Shown piece by piece: positions 1 to 4,759 of a DNA stretch of 13,606 nt. Source of the DNA: a bacterium (GTDB lineage: Bacteria; Zixibacteria; MSB-5A5; GN15; FEB-12). The stretch is taken from positions 1 through 13,606 of the forward strand of contig JBDRNJ010000063.1 of assembly GCA_043811375.1 (NCBI GenBank). The letters run 5' to 3'. Below the pieces are notes generated by a model. The model was not told where the DNA came from. It made no database searches and saw only the letters and a program-made list of their open reading frames with translations. Within the stretch, counting starts at the first letter, position 1. Each line of letters opens with the position of its first letter. The position numbers and the translations under genes were made by a program.

Positions 1-259
1 CTACTGTCCAGATGATCTCAAGGCTCAGATTGAGGCCTTCGTGGACCACTACAATCATCGGCGGTACCACGAATCACTGTCCAACGTGACCCCGGCAGAC
101 GTTTATCATGGGCGGGCAGCGGAGATATTGGAGCAGCGGGACCGAATCAAGACAGAAACAATCAGGAAACGGAGAGAATCATACCGAAAAGCCATTGCAA
201 TGAGGCAAAGTGTGTCTTAGCTTAAGGAGCAACGTGTCCGACTTGTTTGACGACATACA
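1..259 (+). mobile_element. Right-hand end of an insertion sequence (IS3/IS481-type), truncated by the window start
   Basis: Contains a transposase C-terminus and ends ...GTGTCCGACTTGTTTGACGACATACA at 259. Positions 124-259 recur as a reverse complement at 13471-13606 (135/136 identical), and the match stops exactly at the ACA/TGT end. Confidence 0.9.
2..220 (+). CDS. DDE (rve/integrase-core) transposase, C-terminal fragment (5' partial)
   Basis: Frame +2, not in the ORF track: YCPDDLKAQIEAFVDHYNHRRYHESLSNVTPADVYHGRAAEILEQRDRIKTETIRKRRESYRKAIAMRQSVS*. The YN-x-x-R-x-H-x-S-L-x-x-x-T-P motif is typical of IS3/IS481 transposases. TAG at 218-220. Confidence 0.88.
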   Translation, partial: YCPDDLKAQIEAFVDHYNHRRYHESLSNVTPADVYHGRAAEILEQRDRIKTETIRKRRESYRKAIAMRQSVS

Positions 260-260
260 A

Positions 261-1109
261 TCATTGTAAATCAAACATATTGCGCTTTCTCAGTGCCAGC
301 AGCAGCGGTAAACCAATCAGGTAGCAGGCAATCAATTGTCCGACGCCAATCATCTGAACTGAGAACCAGTAGTCGAACCCCAGCAGGGGCGCCAGGTAGA
401 TCGAAACCCCGAAGGCATTGAGCAGTACCGGAGGCAGTGGGGCCACCAGCAGTCCGATCTCACTATTGAAACTTCGCAGTAATACTAACATTATGGTCAG
501 CAAACCCACCGCTGCCAGAAGAAGCACGCCTACAATGATGAAGTAGATGTCACTGGTTGTGGATACCAGAACCACCGACAGACACAGCAGGACAATCGAC
601 ACGACGAAGAGTAATGTTCGCCACCACGGCGCATTGGCGTTTCGGCGGCACTTATTGGCTGCCGTCGCAGATAACAACAGACCGGCCACTGAGACAACCA
701 TGCCGGTCATCACGCTGTGGGACATCTCGAAGCCGCTCAGAAAGTACATTGCACCCAGCCACATGGCTGCGATGGGAATTGCTACCAGGACGACGGTCAA
801 AGTTTTACCGCGCAGGCGTCTGGCGTATCGTGTCATTATTGCCGCCGCCAGTGTAATGAGTGGTCCGACAATAATATCCACCGCGCCCATACCGCCGAAG
901 ACATTGGCCAGCAGGCAACCGAAAAAGAGTCCCGGAATGGCCGCGCCGGCCAGAAACGGCAGAACGGTCAGAGCTTCGGCCACTCTTATCTGATATACTC
1001 CGAATGAAATGGGTAGGAGAACCAGGCTGATAACCGTATAGGCGGCGGCCACCAACCCGGCTGTGGCGATCTGTCTGACTGTCAGTCTGGTCACATGGTC
1101 AAGGAACAA
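261..1109 (-). CDS. queT: QueT-family transporter (ECF S-component-like, putative queuosine-precursor uptake) with a large internal hydrophobic insertion
   Basis: N-terminal QIATAGLVAAAYTVISLVLLPISFGVYQIRVAEALTVLPFLAGAAIPGLFFGCLLANVFG..DIIVG and C-terminal APLPPVLLNA..GVGQLIACYLIGLPLLLAL match the QueT pattern. The start could be TTG 1109 or GTG 1094. Confidence 0.8.
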   Translation of the reverse strand: MFLDHVTRLTVRQIATAGLVAAAYTVISLVLLPISFGVYQIRVAEALTVLPFLAGAAIPGLFFGCLLANVFGGMGAVDIIVGPLITLAAAIMTRYARRLRGKTLTVVLVAIPIAAMWLGAMYFLSGFEMSHSVMTGMVVSVAGLLLSATAANKCRRNANAPWWRTLLFVVSIVLLCLSVVLVSTTSDIYFIIVGVLLLAAVGLLTIMLVLLRSFNSEIGLLVAPLPPVLLNAFGVSIYLAPLLGFDYWFSVQMIGVGQLIACYLIGLPLLLALRKRNMFDLQ

Positions 1110-1112
1110 TTC

Positions 1113-1790
1113 TCATTTCTGCCGGTCAACGGCTTTTTGAGGGGATCGTCTTCTCAGCAGGTGCATCGGTCGACTGGTAAATCCCTTACTACTGATTCGG
1201 ATAGTGAGAATGTTACTGACCGGTTCCTCGATCACGATATTTCCCGAAGTGAAGATCAGCAGCGGGTTCGGATACACCAGCTTGATGACCAGCGGCACAC
1301 AATTAAGGACATTTTCCGGATCACGGGTCAACCGTACGAGGATCATTCGTCGTTCACCGATGGCACTGATAAATCGCGCAATAAGAGTGCTTTCCGGAGT
1401 ACTGCGGGAATGGCTGCCCCTCCCGCCGAACCAGAAGAGGTTGTCCGAGCCAATCCTTGATCTCCGGCGGGATCTTACTCGCAGTTTGCGTTCGATGAAA
1501 CGGAACCTTCTCCGGAAAAACGGATGACTGCAGAGGGGATTACTACCCAGGCAGTAGTATATCAACTCCATGTCCTCCTCGGCCAGCCTGGTGACGGGAA
1601 AGCCGACATCGTGGGCAAAGCGGTAACCGTTGTCGTAGTAGACGGGGAAATTGAGTTTAGACAGGGCATTGATGTCACGATAAATAGTGCGAGAGGTGAC
1701 GCCGCACTCGCCCGCCATTTCGCTGACCGACACCGGTCCCCGCTGCCGGATGAGATTTACCAGGTGCATCAGTCGTTCGGCTTTGGACAT
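1113..1790 (-). CDS. HTH_11 (YafY/PafC-like) transcriptional regulator with a degenerate WYL-like domain
   Basis: MSKAERLMHLVNLIRQRGPVSVSEMAGECGVTSRTIYRDINALSKLNFPVYYDNGY is a YafY-type winged HTH. FISAIGERRMILVRL..CVP..NILTIRISSKGF follows the WYL layout. SD AAGGAGG lies 5 nt before ATG 1790, which favours this start over 1808. Confidence 0.8.
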   Translation of the reverse strand: MSKAERLMHLVNLIRQRGPVSVSEMAGECGVTSRTIYRDINALSKLNFPVYYDNGYRFAHDVGFPVTRLAEEDMELIYYCLGSNPLCSHPFFRRRFRFIERKLRVRSRRRSRIGSDNLFWFGGRGSHSRSTPESTLIARFISAIGERRMILVRLTRDPENVLNCVPLVIKLVYPNPLLIFTSGNIVIEEPVSNILTIRISSKGFTSRPMHLLRRRSPQKAVDRQK

Positions 1791-1905
1791 ACCTGCCTCC
1801 TTTCTCATCGGCTCTTACTTATTGCGACAATTCCGTACGCATCGGCAGTCGGGTTGCTTTACAAATGTCAACCTCGCTACCGACACCTCAGATTAAGGCT
1901 TCTCC

Positions 1906-1922
1906 CTGACAGATCATGTCAG
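1906..1922. promoter_or_regulatory. Palindromic operator-like site CTGACA-N5-TGTCAG upstream of the HTH/WYL gene
   Basis: Perfect 6-bp arms (1906-1911 and 1917-1922), ~115 bp upstream of the regulator start, next to an AT-rich stretch (1941-1961). The operator role is inferred. Confidence 0.55.
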
Positions 1923-2020
1923 TTAAAATCCCCCCCATCGATAATAAATCTTATTAATAAGGTGATGATTACAGTCCGCGCAGGGGTGGCCTGGTGGCCT
2001 CCCGTAACCGTCAGGTAGCT

Positions 2021-2177
2021 CAAGCGGCAGGTCACACTCGCTTTGCGAGCAAAACCTGCTGCAACGGTATAATGTTCGGTCAGGTCTTGCGGTGCAGCCG
2101 TGTGACCTGACAGGTGGGTGAACATCTGTCGGTCACAGGGATGGAACATTGAGATCACCACGCATTAATGCCGCTTG
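2021..2177. other. Cluster of nested and overlapping inverted repeats (candidate structured RNA/ssDNA element)
   Basis: CAAGCGGCA 2021-2029 / TGCCGCTTG 2169-2177; CAGGTCACAC 2028-2037 / GTGTGACCTG 2100-2109; GTCAGGTC 2079-2086 / GACCTGAC 2104-2111; ~15-bp stem 2101-2137; AATGTTC 2071-2077 / GAACATT 2144-2150; hairpin 2027-2059. Confidence 0.5.
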
Positions 2178-2235
2178 CGACCGGCTTGCCGCTTTGCCCC
2201 TTCGTGATGACGCACTGACAGATTGTTAAAGTGGA

Positions 2236-3597
2236 CTATATGTCAAAAATTTTGCCCGGATTAAGAATCCCCTGCGGATCGAACTGCCGCTTGATCTTTC
2301 TCATAAGTTCCACTGCCGGGCCATGCTCCAGAGAAAACAGATCTTTGTGGCCCAGACCGATACCATGCTCGCCAGAAATCGTCCCGCCCAGTTCGACGGC
2401 CCGGCGAATAATCTGATCGCTGATCTGGTGCGCCTGTTGCCACTCATCCGGGAGATCACGCCGGGCCAGCATCAAAGCGTGCAGCAGTCCCATACCGACA
2501 TGGCCGAAAGTATGCATCGTGATCCCGCGTTCATCGGCGAGGCGATGACATAAGTCCACCATCTCCGGCAGGCGTGAGATGGGAAATGCGACATCGTTGC
2601 GGATGATGTCAAATCCGGGACGGCGATGTTTGATGGCTTCGGTGACAAAATGACGGATTTCCCACGGCTTCTGGTTCTCGGTCAATTCGAGCCTGAGGCC
2701 GCCCTGCTCGTTGCAGATCGATTCGGCCAATTCGGCGTTGGCTTCGATAGACGCCCGGGGACCATGGAATTCCAGGAACAAGCAGGGTGTCTCTCTGAGA
2801 CCATACTCTTTCAGCAGATTGAGGGCGTGCATTACGTTACGATCAAGGAACTCCACTGCCGCCAGGTCCAGCCCGTAACGGCACATCTCCGAAACAGCCC
2901 GGGCGGCGGAGGTTTCATCTTCAAAAGCAAAGGCATCCTGATGCCGAGCTTCCGGCAAACCGGCCAGGCGGAGTGTTATCGATGAGACAATTGCCAGAGT
3001 GCCTTCCGAACCAGCCACCAGGTCAACGAGGTTGTAGCCGCTGGAGCGCTTAATGGCGCGGTTGCCGAGCTTGATAATTTCGCCATCGCCGGTAATAACT
3101 TCCAGCGCCAACAGGTAGTCGCGGGTACCGCCGTACTTGACCGAGTAGATGCCGCTGGCGTTGGTGGCCACCATACCTCCTACCGTGGCAATGTCGCCGG
3201 AACCGCCCGGCGAAGGCGGGAAAAAAAGTCCGTCACGCTTAAGGTGTTGGTTTAGATAATCATATATAATGCCCGACTGTACTTGTACTTGCAGATCATC
3301 GGGCCAATAGTTAATTACGTCGGCCATACGGCTGAGGTCGAGCACGATGCCGTCAGCGAGTGGAATCGTGGAGCCTTCAAGGGCGCTGCCGCCACCACGG
3401 GTGGTAATGGGGGTATTGGTTTCGCAACAGGTCTTAACGATCCGGCAGATTTCCTCGGTGTTTGCAGCCCAGACAATTGCCAGCGGCGTGACTGGTTCCA
3501 GAGTGGATTCATCTTTAGCCGCCACCGCCAACTGGTCGGGGTGACTGCTGATCCGATCAGCGGGGAGGATGGTCGAGAGTTTGCGGAGGATGGGCAT
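2236..3597 (-). CDS. FAD-binding oxidoreductase, GlcD / D-lactate dehydrogenase family (FAD_binding_4 + FAD-oxidase_C)
   Basis: Motifs TRGGGSALEG, ATVGGMVATNASG..SVKYG, FGHVGMGLLH, GGTISGEHGIG and FDPQGILNPGKIF; 453 aa. Confidence 0.92.
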   Translation of the reverse strand: MPILRKLSTILPADRISSHPDQLAVAAKDESTLEPVTPLAIVWAANTEEICRIVKTCCETNTPITTRGGGSALEGSTIPLADGIVLDLSRMADVINYWPDDLQVQVQSGIIYDYLNQHLKRDGLFFPPSPGGSGDIATVGGMVATNASGIYSVKYGGTRDYLLALEVITGDGEIIKLGNRAIKRSSGYNLVDLVAGSEGTLAIVSSITLRLAGLPEARHQDAFAFEDETSAARAVSEMCRYGLDLAAVEFLDRNVMHALNLLKEYGLRETPCLFLEFHGPRASIEANAELAESICNEQGGLRLELTENQKPWEIRHFVTEAIKHRRPGFDIIRNDVAFPISRLPEMVDLCHRLADERGITMHTFGHVGMGLLHALMLARRDLPDEWQQAHQISDQIIRRAVELGGTISGEHGIGLGHKDLFSLEHGPAVELMRKIKRQFDPQGILNPGKIFDI

Positions 3598-3639
3598 GGG
3601 GGGCTTGGTTATCCGTCAGTTGGTGGTGTCACGTCAGGT

Positions 3640-4323
3640 TCACTCGGAGGAGGCTTTTTTGCCGAGGCGTTTGTTAATGTCAGCGATGGCTATTTTGGCA
3701 TCGATGGCCCACGTGTGGTCGGTTTCGGCTGCCCACTGGAGATATGGTATCACTGTCTCATCACCCAATTCGCCGAGAGCCTTGATCGCCTCGAACCGCC
3801 GACCGTCTTCGTAGTGCCTCAGGTGCAGGACATACTTGAGTTGGCTGATAGCCAGCCGCTTTTCTTCCGGCAGTAGCTTGTTAAACGTGATCAAGACTGA
3901 GTCTAAGTACCGATCCATCTGCTCGATGACGTCCTTTTGGCGCTGGGTGATTAGTTCTGACCTTCGCTCCAGTTTCTCAGATTTTTCTTCCAGTTTGTCA
4001 CGAAAATCCCTCACCTCTTTGAGTGTTTCTTTCGACCTGTCAATCCAGTGTTTTGACAAGAATGTGATAATACCAAGCAGTATCGTCATTACTGCCATAA
4101 TGATGGAGTATACTGTCGTGACAGTATCAAGAAGATTGCCATCCGAGTTACCACCCTGTCCCCTATCCTGTGTGATCTTAGCAATAGCCACGTTCTGACT
4201 GCCTGAGGAATCTGCAACAGAGGATATCGGGCTGATTGTTGAATCCTTGTTTACTGGAGCGGCGGACAGAACGGTAATCATCCATAAGGTTAAAAATAGA
4301 ACCAGTAGAATAATCCTTTTCAT
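3640..4323 (-). CDS. Membrane protein: signal peptide, low-complexity spacer, single TM helix, coiled coil, C-terminal HEAT/PBS-lyase-like repeat
   Basis: MKRIILLVLFLTLWMITVLSA signal; TM VYSIIMAVMTILLGIITFL; E/K/R-rich helical segment; RRFEAIKALGELGDETVIPYL HEAT-like motif; purine-rich SD-like GGGGGAAG upstream. Confidence 0.75.
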   Translation of the reverse strand: MKRIILLVLFLTLWMITVLSAAPVNKDSTISPISSVADSSGSQNVAIAKITQDRGQGGNSDGNLLDTVTTVYSIIMAVMTILLGIITFLSKHWIDRSKETLKEVRDFRDKLEEKSEKLERRSELITQRQKDVIEQMDRYLDSVLITFNKLLPEEKRLAISQLKYVLHLRHYEDGRRFEAIKALGELGDETVIPYLQWAAETDHTWAIDAKIAIADINKRLGKKASSE

Positions 4324-4339
4324 AAATCTTCCCCCATCG

Positions 4340-4759
4340 TTAAAAGTTTGTAGTCAATCCCAAAAGATTTTTGACCTTCTCGGCAAGCTTCTCCGGTGTA
4401 GTTGTTTCCTTCCACAACCAGTCTTTCACTCCAAGAGAGAACATTTTGTCCTTTAATGCCTGGTCATTGACTATACTAAAGACTATGGTCGGTACTTTCG
4501 GAAGCAACTTCCGAATCACCCTCTCATAGAAAACGGCTCCCGTTAGCCTGAAATTATCCGTCTCTTCTCTTAAATAAAGGTCAGAAGGCATTAGAATGTC
4601 GAGTACTATCAAGCCAATCTGGGATTGGTTTCTCTCGATGTATTCTTTGGCTTCTTTATCACCCTTCACCCAAGCCACTGTCAATTCTTCCAGTTCGAGG
4701 TACTCAGCAAAGTACTGTCCGCGTCTGCGATCATCATCGATAATCAGGACTATTTTCAC
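4340..4759 (-). CDS. Single-domain response regulator (receiver only)
   Basis: VLIIDDD acidic pocket, LIVLDILMP phospho-Asp, PTIVFS and WLWK. The GTG start overlaps the kinase TGA stop (GTGA, 4756-4759). Confidence 0.9.
   Translation of the reverse strand: MKIVLIIDDDRRRGQYFAEYLELEELTVAWVKGDKEAKEYIERNQSQIGLIVLDILMPSDLYLREETDNFRLTGAVFYERVIRKLLPKVPTIVFSIVNDQALKDKMFSLGVKDWLWKETTTPEKLAEKVKNLLGLTTNF

Noticed and set aside
247..275. Outward-facing TTGACG -35 at the IS end forming a hybrid promoter
   Set aside because: No acceptable -10 at 16-18 nt spacing in either flank.
1868..1930. Resemblance to a c-di-GMP-I riboswitch on the minus strand (AAGCC..GGUAGCGAGGUU)
   Set aside because: Lacks GGCAAA, the GNRA tetraloop and the GCAAA junction. 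The first stem is better explained as a DNA palindrome.
1919..2161. 80-aa minus-strand ORF in the intergenic region
   Set aside because: No recognisable domain or SD, and it overlaps the inverted-repeat cluster; probably spurious.
1980..2197. 6S RNA or preQ1 riboswitch assignment
   Set aside because: A few 6S-like words occur, but not in a convincing order or single-rod fold, and no preQ1-I consensus is visible. A covariance-model search would be needed.
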